The notes: generated from the letters alone by a model not told the origin. 64,000 nt of DNA from an uncultured virus (IMG/VR IMGVR_UViG_3300042876_000347) (IMGVR_UViG_3300042876_000347); one strand, 5' to 3'. Numbered from the stretch's first letter, positions 19,505-29,349 are shown. Numbers and translations: made by a program.

Positions 19505-20554
19505 ATGCTCGAAGCGGAAGGGTTTAAGTGGGAAGAGCCACCAACCACACGCAGGAAGTACACGAGGGGAAGGTACACAGCAGCACTCGAAGCTTTGCTA
19601 GCCTCGCCCAACAGGTGGGCTCGGATTGACCTTTTCGAAGATGGGAAAAAGGCACACTCCACTAGAACTAATCTCGTGTACGCGGTTAAGCTGAAGAGGT
19701 ATAATCTTCCTCCCCCTCCTGAGGGGGGTGGGTGGGAGTTCACAGTTCGCAAGTTGCCTGCTGAGGGGTGGGCGCTTTTTGCTAGGCTAGCTTTAAAGGA
19801 GGTGGAAAGATGAGTTTCTTCGCAGCATGGTTGTTGGCTATGGTTATGCTTTTTGTGGTGCTCTCTTCACTTGGGCTTCTAGTAGGCTTTATCCTATGGC
19901 TAGAGGAAGAGTTCGACATTGATCCTGGTTGGGTTCTTGGCTTCATCATGGTTGCTGCCATGAGTGTCTTTATGGCTAATAGCATTAAGGAGCACTATGA
20001 TGCACAGCACCCACAGCCTAAGCCTCCAGTGGAGGTGGTACAGTGAAGCTTGATGTTCCCCCTGAGATGGACTCCTGTGGTCATGAGGGTCTCAGGTTTT
20101 ACTGGCTGACCTACGAAGGTCGGAGGCTCTGGCTATGTCAGGAGTGCTATAAGAAGGTGAAGGAGTAGGCATGCGGAAGTCTGGCTTCTACTGGGTGCAT
20201 ACGGTAAACAAGTGGGAAGACATGTGGGAGGTGGCTCGTTGGGAAAAGGTGCCAGGGCCTGGTTATTGGTACCTTACTGGATATGACATGGACTTCACTG
20301 ACAGTGCCTTTGCAGAGATTGATGAAAAGGAGCTAGTGAAATAGGTGAGCGCGACTAAGCCGTGGGAAGACGTAGAAGGTGAGATGGAACGGATGCGGGT
20401 GGAAGGTGGCTGGCTTTACCGGAGCAAGTGGTCAGTGCAGTCGCTAGCGTTTGTCCCTTATGAGGAACAGCACTTTGACCTAATGGAGGCTTTTGGTACT
20501 TACCCTAGCCCCTATGATGCAGCTGCTGGCTTCGACGCAGCGAGGGATGTTTAA
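19505..20554 (+). other. Small hypothetical ORFs (19505-19813, 19810-20046 membrane protein, 20345-20554 and others)
   Basis: Coupled small ORFs with SD motifs. Confidence 0.55.
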
Positions 20555-20672
20555 TGGCAACTAAGCAAGGAAAGAAAAACGCTCAGCTTGCTGGCATCAA
20601 GTGTCAGGCCTGCGGGAACTACTTCCTAGAGATTCTGAAGCACTTGAAGAAGTGTAAAAGGGGGAAGGGCTA

Positions 20673-21281
20673 ATGGAGGTTGTCAAGCCCTCCTTCCTGA
20701 TCGAATTAATGCCTTCAGGAGAGGAAGCCCTTAAAACCCTAGAGCTCTACGGCCGAGTAGCCTACAAGAGCGAGGAAAGGATCACGCCTGAAAGCGCTAA
20801 AACTTTCGTTAAGACCCTCGTTGATCGTCAGCATGAGTCTGTGCTGGAGCATTGCTCTGCTATTGTCAGATTCATCTGTGACCGTGGTATTTCTCATGAG
20901 TTGGTGCGCCATCGTCTTTGTAGCTTCACTCAGGAGAGCACTAGGTATGTGAACTATGGGAAGCGTGGGCTACAGGTGATCTGCCCTCCTGAGTTGGAGG
21001 GCCACGCGTTAAAGGCTTGGACTGTTGCAGTCGAAGCGGCCGAGCGTAGCTATAATATCTTGCTTAGCTATGGTGTTAAGCCCCAGATTGCTAGAGCGCT
21101 TCTGCCACACTGCGCCAAGACTGAGCTAGTGGTGACGGCTAATTTTCGCCAGTGGCGCCACATTTTCAAGATGCGCTGCGCTAAGAGTGCCCACCCACAG
21201 ATGCGGGAGCTGATGGTTCCCTTGCTGGAGGAGTTCAAAAGGAGAGTGCCAATTGTCTTTGATGACCTCACCACAGGTTGA
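20673..21281 (+). CDS. thyX: FAD-dependent thymidylate synthase
   Basis: HESVLEH and SHELVRHRLCSFTQESTRY (RHRx7SxR) motifs. Confidence 0.96.
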   Translation: MEVVKPSFLIELMPSGEEALKTLELYGRVAYKSEERITPESAKTFVKTLVDRQHESVLEHCSAIVRFICDRGISHELVRHRLCSFTQESTRYVNYGKRGLQVICPPELEGHALKAWTVAVEAAERSYNILLSYGVKPQIARALLPHCAKTELVVTANFRQWRHIFKMRCAKSAHPQMRELMVPLLEEFKRRVPIVFDDLTTG

Positions 21282-21592
21282 AACAGTAGTGCCTGTAGTC
21301 TGGGAAGATTGGGAAGTGCAAGCTTTCGAAGAGGAAGCTTACATGCGTGGCGTACGCTGGGCTCTCGACGCAGTAGTGAGCTCCCTACAGATGTATCCTA
21401 ATGGCGGAGGGGATACCAGGGTTATGGCTGAGGTGGAGCGGCTTCTCGTAAGTGTTCCTGAATGTGACCCCCTCTGCAGGCACTGTGCTGAAAGACGTCA
21501 AGCTAAGCAAGATGCAGAAGACTTCACCCGAGATGTGGACGAAGGTTGGACAATTCTAAGAGAGGCTAAGGAGAATCACATGCAAAAGAAAC

Positions 21593-22654
21593 GTGAGGCG
21601 TGGGCTGAGATACATAAGCAGAAGTAGCCATGCACTCTTTAGGAAGTGTCCTAGAGCGGGATATTATCGCTATCTCGCCGGACCATTCGGTAGCTCGCAG
21701 ACATCTGGTTTGCAAGAGACTAAGACGCCGTATCCTCTTGCGCTTGGTATCGCATGGCATGCAGGAGCGGAGATCCTGCTTCGAGGTGGAACAGGAGAGG
21801 AGGCTGCGGAAGTTGGGGTATCGTCTGCAAAAAGCTATGGTCTGGGCGAGGTAGAGCAAAACTGGCTACTAGCAGCTTACCTAGCATGGGAGCGAGCCGT
21901 AGCTCCTGAGTTCTTCGAGTCCTGGGAGGTAGTGTGCATAGAGAAGGAAGTGGAGGTGCCCATCTCCCCCAATGTGATCCTGCAGGCCCGGGCGGATGCA
22001 GTGCTCCGCTCAAGGGGCGATGGTTCCCTTTGGGTTTTGAATTGGAAAACCGCCTCAGATGTGAAGGACTGGAACCGGAAGTGGTTCTTCGACGTGCAGG
22101 CGTGGACGGAATCGCTGGCAATGGAGAGCTTCCTTGGCGAGCCTGTTGCTGGCTGCATCTTCTACGGCGTATGGAAGGGGCCGGTGTGGAACGGGCAGAT
22201 TTCGTCCAGGCTGATCCATGGATACGTGCACACCTCAAAGACGGGATCTGTTACGTATGGAACGGAAAACTCTGGTGGTGGACAACGCTTCAAAGCGTGG
22301 GAGATGGAGTTCCCATTTGGCGAGGGTGTGGCATCGTGGGTGAACTGGCTCCCTAAGGAATTCCTGAAGAAGCACTTTGTAGAGAGCGCGCCGCAGATGA
22401 GGAATGACACGCTAGTGGAGAAGTGGCTTAGGCAGCTAGTCAGGCTAGAGGCTGACGTTGACCACTTGCTAGAGAGTGGGGATGAGGAAGACCTGGAAGA
22501 TTACTTCTTCCAGAACTTCTCCGACATCAACTGCGCTAGGTGCCCCTTCCTCGACTTGTGTATGCTCAGGAGCACGCCTGAGGAGAAGATCAAAGAGGGC
22601 ACCCTGGTGCCTAGGATTGACCACCATGAAGTGGTGGTAGAAAGTGGGGACTAA
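21593..22654 (+). CDS. PD-(D/E)XK (RecB/Cas4-like) exonuclease
   Basis: SRS...CPR, EKEV, RAD, NWKT motifs; C-terminal CARCPF..LC. Confidence 0.85.
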   Translation: MRRGLRYISRSSHALFRKCPRAGYYRYLAGPFGSSQTSGLQETKTPYPLALGIAWHAGAEILLRGGTGEEAAEVGVSSAKSYGLGEVEQNWLLAAYLAWERAVAPEFFESWEVVCIEKEVEVPISPNVILQARADAVLRSRGDGSLWVLNWKTASDVKDWNRKWFFDVQAWTESLAMESFLGEPVAGCIFYGVWKGPVWNGQISSRLIHGYVHTSKTGSVTYGTENSGGGQRFKAWEMEFPFGEGVASWVNWLPKEFLKKHFVESAPQMRNDTLVEKWLRQLVRLEADVDHLLESGDEEDLEDYFFQNFSDINCARCPFLDLCMLRSTPEEKIKEGTLVPRIDHHEVVVESGD

Positions 22655-22827
22655 CATGGTTGACTATTCGCAGGAGATCCTAAGGAAGTGCTACGAGGAA
22701 GCTCACGGTCAATGGGAACAACTCTATAAGGAAAACATGGACTTGCGCTCCCGCTGTTTCGGGCTTACCTTCCTAGCGATCTTTTTTGCAGGACTTTTCT
22801 TCTACACTATTTGGAGGTGTGCCAGTA

Positions 22828-23859
22828 ATGGTTAGTTCGCCGCTACACGTAATGATGGTCTATGGGCAAGGGGGGCTAGGCAAAAGCACCCTAGGTGCTC
22901 AGCTAGCTGCCCATGTCTGGAAGACCCTAGGCAAGAAGACCAGGGTAGTGAATGCTGACGGTGGCGGAACTAGCAACTCCCATGCCTTCCTAGTGGAAAA
23001 GGGCATTGTGGACCTCTGGAACATTGACATGTGGGATGAGAAGAGTCTCTTCTACACGCTAGAGATGGCTACCAAGGGTTGCTGGCCGGAGGATACTAGG
23101 GAGCCTAACTCTCCCCTCCTGCCTCCCATGGTTCGCTGGAAGGAGTGCCCAAGTTGCAAGAAAGATGTCGGGGCGAAGGGATTCGCGGTGCCAGCAAAGT
23201 GTGCATCTTGCGGGACTGTCCTAGGTGCGGGGACCTTTTGCCGTACCCGGACCGAGTACGCGAATGGCTTTGGGGATGTGGGGGCAGTGATCTTCGAAGG
23301 TTTTACGAGCTTTGGGGACCTACTCCTAAGGCGTCTGCGAAATATCAATCCTGAAGGAGGGCGCTCAATCAAGGATGGAGAGACAACGATTTCCGCGCCG
23401 GGCCAGCAGCACTACGGTGATGCGCAGGCGTATCTGGCACAGTACATTGGGAATACGAAAACCATTCCAACCAACTACGTCATGTGGACAGGACTTGAAA
23501 ACCGAGGAGAAGATGACGGAAAGCCAGTCTACGGGCCTAAAGGACCAGGGCAAGCCCTCACCACCCTCTGTATCCCCTGGTTCACTGATGTCATCCACCT
23601 TGACGGTCTCCCAAAGGTAGACAAGGGATCAGTGGTCAAGGATGCGGAAGGGAGGGAAGTGCTAGAGAGGAAGCTATTCCTAGCGCCACACTACCCACCG
23701 GATAATAAGTTGTTCATCTTTAAGGCTAAGACCAGCGCTCCCTTAGGTGGGGATATGCCGACGAGCATCACCTTCCCTGCTGAGGGAAACACGATGAGTG
23801 CCTTCTTGGGGCTGCTAGAGAAGGCTCGGCAGAAGGCTGGAGAGGGGTTGCTAGCTTGA
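22828..23859 (+). CDS. AAA_24 / Sak4-like ATPase with an inserted zinc ribbon
   Basis: YGQGGLGKST Walker A; CPSC...CASC insert; GGAGG SD before ATG 22828; lies beside the nuclease and SSB-like genes. Confidence 0.8.
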   Translation: MVSSPLHVMMVYGQGGLGKSTLGAQLAAHVWKTLGKKTRVVNADGGGTSNSHAFLVEKGIVDLWNIDMWDEKSLFYTLEMATKGCWPEDTREPNSPLLPPMVRWKECPSCKKDVGAKGFAVPAKCASCGTVLGAGTFCRTRTEYANGFGDVGAVIFEGFTSFGDLLLRRLRNINPEGGRSIKDGETTISAPGQQHYGDAQAYLAQYIGNTKTIPTNYVMWTGLENRGEDDGKPVYGPKGPGQALTTLCIPWFTDVIHLDGLPKVDKGSVVKDAEGREVLERKLFLAPHYPPDNKLFIFKAKTSAPLGGDMPTSITFPAEGNTMSAFLGLLEKARQKAGEGLLA

Positions 23860-24407
23860 GGATTGGCTTAGATCTCGATGGCGTCCTTGCCAAGTGGGAT
23901 GAAGCAGCAGCGAAGTGGTTCAACAAGACCTACTCGTACAACTTCCCCCTTGGCAGTCAGCCCTCATGGAACTGGCTTGAAGAGCAGGTTAAGCCTGAGG
24001 AATGGGATGCCTTCTGGCAGGCAGATAATGTTGTCTTTTGGGATCGCATTCCTCCCTACATGGGTTCCTTTAAGTTCCTACAGGCCCTTGCTAAGAAGGG
24101 TGAAGTAGTGGTGATCACTAGTCGGCCTAGGTTCACTCGGCCAGCTACCTACTTCTGGCTAGCGCGCTACTTCGACATGGAACTGCTAGCTGGAGTTAAC
24201 TTCCTGAAAGGCAAGGAGAAGTACCTTGTCAAGTGCGATGTCCTGATTGAAGACAATCTGGACAACGCTATCTCCTACGCTAGCTATCACCTCCACTCCC
24301 AGATCTGCCTAATGGACAAGCCATATAATCAGGTTGCACCCAACCTTGACCCAGCCTATATTGTTAGGTGCGCCACTTATGAGGAGGTACTAAAAGCCCT
24401 TGACTGA
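23856..24407 (+). CDS. 5'(3')-deoxyribonucleotidase (HAD, NT5C-like)
   Basis: IGLDLDGVL, ITSR, IEDN and PYN motifs. Confidence 0.9.
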   Translation: MRIGLDLDGVLAKWDEAAAKWFNKTYSYNFPLGSQPSWNWLEEQVKPEEWDAFWQADNVVFWDRIPPYMGSFKFLQALAKKGEVVVITSRPRFTRPATYFWLARYFDMELLAGVNFLKGKEKYLVKCDVLIEDNLDNAISYASYHLHSQICLMDKPYNQVAPNLDPAYIVRCATYEEVLKALD

Positions 24408-24699
24408 GATCAACGATGACCCAATCGGCCTTACCCTCTTTGATGATCCCTCTGAAGTGGAAGTTGCTACTAGCGCCCAGCTTCCTGGTGTGCTAATCTT
24501 GCTGTTCCCCGAAGCGAATCAGGCTATCGGGTTTCGTGGGTTGGCAGCGGAGGCATTCGTTAGGGATGTCGTCCTCGCTGCAGGTAGGCTACACCCACTA
24601 CCAGTGCTAGGGCTTGCTGAGGAGAAAGTCCTGGCTGAACCAGTCCTAGAAAAGAAGCTCCTAAACTAAACTCTAAAGAAAAGGAAACTAAAAAACAAA

Positions 24700-25356
24700 A
24701 TGAGCGAATTCATGACCCCCGCAGAGCTGATGAACGTGGCCGAGACTGTCGAAGATGACTCCATCGTGGTTGAGAGCGGGGAGTACACCGATTACGAGCT
24801 CCTAGAACCGGGCGAGTACACCTCAGCAGTGCGGGAAGTCTTTGTGGCTGACAAGGTTACGAAGACCGGCGTGCCCTTCATGTCAGTCGAAGTGAAGGTG
24901 GCAACCCTGATGAACGAGAACGGCGAGGAAATCACCCTCAGCCGCCCCCTGCGTACCTGGGTTAGCTCCCTCCAGTTTGGGAAACGCAACCGCCCAGGAA
25001 CCACCTCCTCGCTGAGTGAGTACCTGAAGGCTTGCGGCTTTGACCCCAAGCAGTTTGGCCGAACGCAGACTATCGAGGCCCTTGGGGAGAGCGCTACCAT
25101 TCCCGTCAAGGTTCGCCTGGAGCGCACCAATCGCACCAACAAGCTCGCGGATGGCACCTACGAGAAGGAGCTAGCCTATACCAGCGACTTCAACATGGGC
25201 ACTCGGGATGAGCCCAAGTATGTGGCAGTCCTGAACCCTGCTGAGCTCAACGAGAAGCAGCGTGAGCGTCTCGCCCCGATCATCAAGGAGGGCGAGTTCA
25301 TCAAGGCGGTCCACAAGATTGGAAGCCGCTACGATGCGGGCTTCCGAAAGATCTAG
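24700..25356 (+). CDS. Putative single-stranded DNA-binding protein
   Basis: Position after Sak4-like and nuclease genes; LLEPGEY motif; strong SD. Confidence 0.55.
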   Translation: MSEFMTPAELMNVAETVEDDSIVVESGEYTDYELLEPGEYTSAVREVFVADKVTKTGVPFMSVEVKVATLMNENGEEITLSRPLRTWVSSLQFGKRNRPGTTSSLSEYLKACGFDPKQFGRTQTIEALGESATIPVKVRLERTNRTNKLADGTYEKELAYTSDFNMGTRDEPKYVAVLNPAELNEKQRERLAPIIKEGEFIKAVHKIGSRYDAGFRKI

Positions 25357-25555
25357 GCCTAGCTAGTACCCTCAGCCGGGGAGGGCGGATTCATTACCCG
25401 GCGATTTCCTTATCCCTTTCATTCATAAGCACTTATAGGAAGAGACCTAAAGTGAGCCTTCCAATTATGGATTGTCTAACTTAGGGGTGGTGCAAAGAGA
25501 CTCAAAACCGAAGCGAGCAGTAACCTGGCGGGGCCATGGGAGCCCCGCTAGTGCT

Positions 25556-25584
25556 TTGCCTGAGCCCCTCAAGCATGGTATCCT
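25556..25584 (+). promoter_or_regulatory. Sigma-70-like promoter for the lipoprotein/lysis block
   Basis: TTGCCT-N17-TATCCT with TG extension; AAGGAGG SD downstream. Confidence 0.6.
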
Positions 25585-25611
25585 ATAGCTAACTAAGGAG
25601 GTTAGTGCCTG

Positions 25612-26304
25612 ATGAAGAATTTTTTGCTCCCCCTCGGAGCGGTCGCTCTCGCGGTGGCATGCGTAGTGCCTGCCCCCCAGCCGCCAGCTCCCCCTCCTGT
25701 CACAGACCCCCCTCCTCCGGTTGAAGTTCTCACCTGTGCCAACATGGACTGCGCCCCAGGCTTCAGCTGTGTTGAGAGCTCCAGTGGGCCAAAGTGCGTA
25801 AAGGTTAGCCCCCCGGCGGATGCCTGTAGTCTAGAGACCCCTCCCTGGACCCAGGTGAGGAACCCCCAGTTTAAGATTGGCCCAAATGGTCAGCGCCTCG
25901 ACTCCACCCCCTGGGGCTGCTTCGGCACGGAGTACTGTGCTAAGGCAGGATGGACAGACGGTAGGTCCTGCTGTGGTGCTGCCCCTGATGGCCACCCTGA
26001 ACGGGTAGCCTGCGAGCAGCAGTACATGCGTACTCAGTGTCCTGTCTGGACGATGAGCCGTTGTACAGGAACCTCTAGCCAGTGCCCCCTCACCATGCAC
26101 ATCGCGTACTTCGACAAGCAGCAGGGCAAGGAAGTCCCCTATCCGGCGAATGAGCCATGCCCAGCCCAGCAAAATGACCAGCCCACTGCCCTAACCTACA
26201 CCGCTGTGGTTAATGGCAAGGGCTATGTTAAGGTGTGCAGTGGCCCCGGCCCAGCTGGCGAGGAGCCCTTCTGCACTGAATATCCACAGGAGATTGACTA
26301 TTAA
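25612..26304 (+). CDS. Cys-rich lipoprotein
   Basis: MKNFLLPLGAVALAVAC lipobox, Pro-rich linker, many Cys. Confidence 0.8.
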   Translation: MKNFLLPLGAVALAVACVVPAPQPPAPPPVTDPPPPVEVLTCANMDCAPGFSCVESSSGPKCVKVSPPADACSLETPPWTQVRNPQFKIGPNGQRLDSTPWGCFGTEYCAKAGWTDGRSCCGAAPDGHPERVACEQQYMRTQCPVWTMSRCTGTSSQCPLTMHIAYFDKQQGKEVPYPANEPCPAQQNDQPTALTYTAVVNGKGYVKVCSGPGPAGEEPFCTEYPQEIDY

Positions 26305-26558
26305 TGGATTCAAAACTAATGCAGGTCAGCGGAATCAGGACCTTTTCAGATGCGAACATCCAAAAGGCTATCGACCAAGCCCTCACTAAGCTTCCTTCTG
26401 GCCATACTGTGGCTGCTGTTGCTCATGCTGATCTCAACGGCGCTAGCGTTTCCCTTGTTGTTAAGCTAGGCGACAAGTGGAGCGTGATGGCAGGAGCGTA
26501 TCAGCCCTACAAGGGTAAGCTCTCAGCCGAGGCTGAGGTGATCTGGAGTCCCTTCTAA
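26304..26558 (+). CDS. Small beta-strand-rich hypothetical protein
   Basis: Coupled ORF ending AEAEVIWSPF. Confidence 0.7.
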   Translation: MDSKLMQVSGIRTFSDANIQKAIDQALTKLPSGHTVAAVAHADLNGASVSLVVKLGDKWSVMAGAYQPYKGKLSAEAEVIWSPF

Positions 26559-27566
26559 GTGAAGACCTCTTCTGACCGCATGTTGGTGGCCTTTCACACG
26601 ACAGGCACTTGCGTTACCGAGTTCGCCCTGTCCCTGGCTGCTGCCATGCGTTACTCCGGGACCTTCATCCCTATGGCCATCCACTACCCTTCCTGCTACG
26701 TGGATGAAGCCAGGAACAAGCTGGTTGAGGAGTTCCTCTCGGTGCCTGATGTTACCCACCTAATGATGATCGACGCGGATATGATCTTCCCGCAGCACGC
26801 GTTCAACTACACCTATATGGTTCAGCAGGCCACGGGAGCAGATGTGGTCTATGGGAACTACGCGTTAGGGAATGCGGGGAACTCGCTGTTTGGCCCCTCC
26901 GACACCCCCGAGGGTGAGCCCTCAGTGCTGGTCAAGCTAGAGCCTAATGTGATCTACCAGCAAGTAGTCACGGGAGGCACAGGATGGCTGCTAACCACCA
27001 AGGCTTTCCTCCTTAAGATGAGAGAAAGCTACCCTGGCCCTTGGTACTGGTTCGACAGGGACCTCACAAGTGATGGCAAGGGCAAGAAGGGTGAGGATAT
27101 CACCTTTGGCCAGCGCGCCACTGCCTGTGGTGGGAAGATCGTTGGCACCACTGGCCTCCTCCTCAAGCATTCCAAGCCCTTCCCGCTAGTGCCCTCCTAC
27201 GTGCCTGAGACCCCTGGGATCCAAACCATGCGTGTGGCGAATCCCTACGAGAACGAGTCGATCTTTACCATTGTTGGCAACAGAGCTCATGTAAAGGAGG
27301 CTGCGAGTGCCGATCAAGTTGGAGCAGGACCTACAGAAGGAAGCAAAGAAGAAGGGCCTCAAGGGGAAGCGAGCGGGAGCGTATGTGTACGGAACCCTGA
27401 GGAAGACGGGGTGGAAGCCGAAGCGGGAACTAGGCCTGACCTCGCTGGCGGAGAAGAAGTAGAAGATGATGATGGTTGCTCTTGTAGAATCCTAGGTTCA
27501 GACAACATGGATACTCTACCTTGCGACCTTTGTCTAGGGCAGCACATCCACGATGAGTGTATTTAG
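26559..27566 (+). CDS. GT-A fold (family 2-like) glycosyltransferase
   Basis: ARNKLV, HLMMIDADM (DxD), GTGWLL and GEDITF motifs. Confidence 0.85.
   Translation: MKTSSDRMLVAFHTTGTCVTEFALSLAAAMRYSGTFIPMAIHYPSCYVDEARNKLVEEFLSVPDVTHLMMIDADMIFPQHAFNYTYMVQQATGADVVYGNYALGNAGNSLFGPSDTPEGEPSVLVKLEPNVIYQQVVTGGTGWLLTTKAFLLKMRESYPGPWYWFDRDLTSDGKGKKGEDITFGQRATACGGKIVGTTGLLLKHSKPFPLVPSYVPETPGIQTMRVANPYENESIFTIVGNRAHVKEAASADQVGAGPTEGSKEEGPQGEASGSVCVRNPEEDGVEAEAGTRPDLAGGEEVEDDDGCSCRILGSDNMDTLPCDLCLGQHIHDECI
27307..27462 (+). CDS. Small basic protein nested out of frame in the glycosyltransferase 3' end (51 aa)
   Basis: AAGGAGG SD 6 nt before GTG; MPIKLEQDLQKEAKKKGLKGKRAGAYVYGTLRKTGWKP. Confidence 0.75.
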   Translation: MPIKLEQDLQKEAKKKGLKGKRAGAYVYGTLRKTGWKPKRELGLTSLAEKK

Positions 27567-27989
27567 TTGACTCGTGTAGAGTGGGATGCCAAGTGGGAAG
27601 AACTCTACAAGGCTCGCATCGTTGCTGGCCTCCCCCCTTCCAAGGCCTTCACCCTAACCCATGAAGCCATGGCTGCACGCTATGGCTATCGTCCTGCAGG
27701 GGAGCCTGGGCCTCCTCTTGGGACCTCACTCATTGCCCAGTATTTAGGAGTACCAAAAGAAATGCTTTCAAGCGTTTGGGAGTTTCTAAACGGGAAGAAG
27801 ACGCAGATCGGTATTTTGATCAGCCTTCTCTCGGTACTGCAGCTAGCCCTAGTTCAGGCTGGCCCGGCTCTAGCCCAGCTAGTGCCTCAGTATGGCCCCA
27901 CGATCACTGCCATCGTCGGCGGTGCGACCGTAGTGGTTGGCCTAGCGCACAAGCTTTACAAGGCTATCTACAAGGAAGACCACCCGTAG
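27567..27989 (+). CDS. Holin-like membrane protein (possible second start at 27762)
   Basis: LNGKKT motif, two hydrophobic helices, near the endolysin. Confidence 0.6.
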   Translation: MTRVEWDAKWEELYKARIVAGLPPSKAFTLTHEAMAARYGYRPAGEPGPPLGTSLIAQYLGVPKEMLSSVWEFLNGKKTQIGILISLLSVLQLALVQAGPALAQLVPQYGPTITAIVGGATVVVGLAHKLYKAIYKEDHP

Positions 27990-27995
27990 GCTCCA

Positions 27996-28313
27996 ATGGA
28001 GAGAGAGGCGCTAGAAAAGTTAAGGCTCTCTAAGGGAGCAGTCCTTCGGGTTCACTGGTTTGATATCTACGAGAATCCGGTAGGAGACACGACTAAGGCA
28101 GATGTGGTCACACGAACCACCTATGGTGTGTTCTGGGAGGTAAAACCTAGCCCTTCTGTTGGAGTTGATTGCCTCGTTACCACAACCACTGAGGACCCGG
28201 ATGGCCCCTCTGAGCAGGGCTTTACGATCTACCCCCTCTCTATTGTCCTTAGGCTAGAAGTTATCCATCGCCCAAGGGCGAAGAAAAAGAAGGAGTCCCC
28301 CAGCAATGCTTAG
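27996..28313 (+). CDS. Hypothetical protein
   Basis: V.W.D...T.G...I pattern common in phage small proteins. Confidence 0.7.
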   Translation: MEREALEKLRLSKGAVLRVHWFDIYENPVGDTTKADVVTRTTYGVFWEVKPSPSVGVDCLVTTTTEDPDGPSEQGFTIYPLSIVLRLEVIHRPRAKKKKESPSNA

Positions 28314-28596
28314 CACCATCCTTGAGGTAGTTCAGAAGTACTTTCCACCCACGCATGTGGCATCTAGGATTGCCCTGATAGGCCTCCTGGTCCTGAGCAT
28401 CTGGGCGATGGGCCATCAGAGTGAAGCCAAGGCGATAGCCGCTAGACAGCTGGTGCAGGATGACGCGCAGCAGCAACAGTACAATGAGATCATTCGAAGG
28501 CTGGGGGATTTGCAGAACCAGATCAGCAAGGTGGACGAAAAGCTTGACAAGAGTATCGAGAGAGAGATTTTGAGGGGAGGGAAAACCACTAAGTGA
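28306..28596 (+). CDS. Membrane-anchored coiled-coil protein (holin/spanin-like)
   Basis: One TM helix plus coiled coil, directly before the endolysin. Confidence 0.55.
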   Translation: MLSTILEVVQKYFPPTHVASRIALIGLLVLSIWAMGHQSEAKAIAARQLVQDDAQQQQYNEIIRRLGDLQNQISKVDEKLDKSIEREILRGGKTTK

Positions 28597-28913
28597 AACT
28601 AACCTTTAAGGAAGGCGTAGCCATCAAGGGGCTACAGCCGCAGATGTTAGTGGCGCTGCTACTAGCAAAGCAGGTCTTTGACGAGCTAGGCGTGGATACC
28701 ACGGTGACGAGTGGCTCGGACGGGGAGCACATGGAGGGCTCTAAGCATTACACGGGGCTAGCCTGGGACTTCCGTACACACCACACTGGCAGGGCAGAGG
28801 CGGTAGCTAGGGAGCTAACTAAGGTGCTTAAGCCATTAGGCTTTGACGTAGTGCTAGAGGCACTAGGTAGTTTCAACGAGCACATCCATGTGGAGTATGA
28901 TCCGCATGCCTAA
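28593..28913 (+). CDS. Peptidase M15-like (LAS zinc peptidase) endolysin
   Basis: VTS..DGEH...SKHY.G.A.DFR and HIHVE motifs. Confidence 0.8.
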   Translation: MKLTFKEGVAIKGLQPQMLVALLLAKQVFDELGVDTTVTSGSDGEHMEGSKHYTGLAWDFRTHHTGRAEAVARELTKVLKPLGFDVVLEALGSFNEHIHVEYDPHA

Positions 28914-29349
28914 GCAGTGCGATTGCTACTTCTGCACTGGGGGGTCTATTATTCAACGAACTTTGCCCCAAGAGAAGCTGTTACCTATCAGTAACCCCGC
29001 GAATGAAATCCGAATAGTCGACCCCGACACAGGTGGGGAGAAAGGTAGTAAGCCCGAGCGCTACGACCTAGTACCCTCCGTAGCCATGGATGAAGTAGCC
29101 AGGGTCTATGGCACTGGGGCCAAGAAGTACCCAGCTAGGAACTGGGAAAAGGGCTATGCCTGGGGCCTATCGCTTTCTGCTCTAGAGCGACACCTTGCGA
29201 AGTTCAAGCAGGGTGAAACACGAGATGAGCTAGGTAATCATCATTTGGCAGCAGTAGTGTTTCATGCTCTTGCCTTGATTACCTTCCAGAAGTTCAACCT
29301 TGGAACCGACGACCGAACCAACCTAAAAGAGGAGAGCAAGAATGTCTGA
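28906..29349 (+). CDS. dATP/dGTP diphosphohydrolase domain protein (DUF5664)
   Basis: GGEKGSK..RYDLVP, GAKKY..RNWEKG and HLAAV motifs. Confidence 0.88.
   Translation: MPKQCDCYFCTGGSIIQRTLPQEKLLPISNPANEIRIVDPDTGGEKGSKPERYDLVPSVAMDEVARVYGTGAKKYPARNWEKGYAWGLSLSALERHLAKFKQGETRDELGNHHLAAVVFHALALITFQKFNLGTDDRTNLKEESKNV

Noticed and set aside
21593..22654. CRISPR-associated Cas4 or a mini CRISPR array
   Set aside because: No repeat-spacer array or other cas genes; the context is a phage recombination module. The repeats at 145-360 are not regularly spaced
25357..25555. tRNA gene
   Set aside because: No cloverleaf or T-loop (GTTCRA) in an appropriate context; none found elsewhere by eye either
28906..29349. 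2-aminoadenine (Z) genome system
   Set aside because: DUF5664 is present but no PurZ/adenylosuccinate synthetase homolog is in the window
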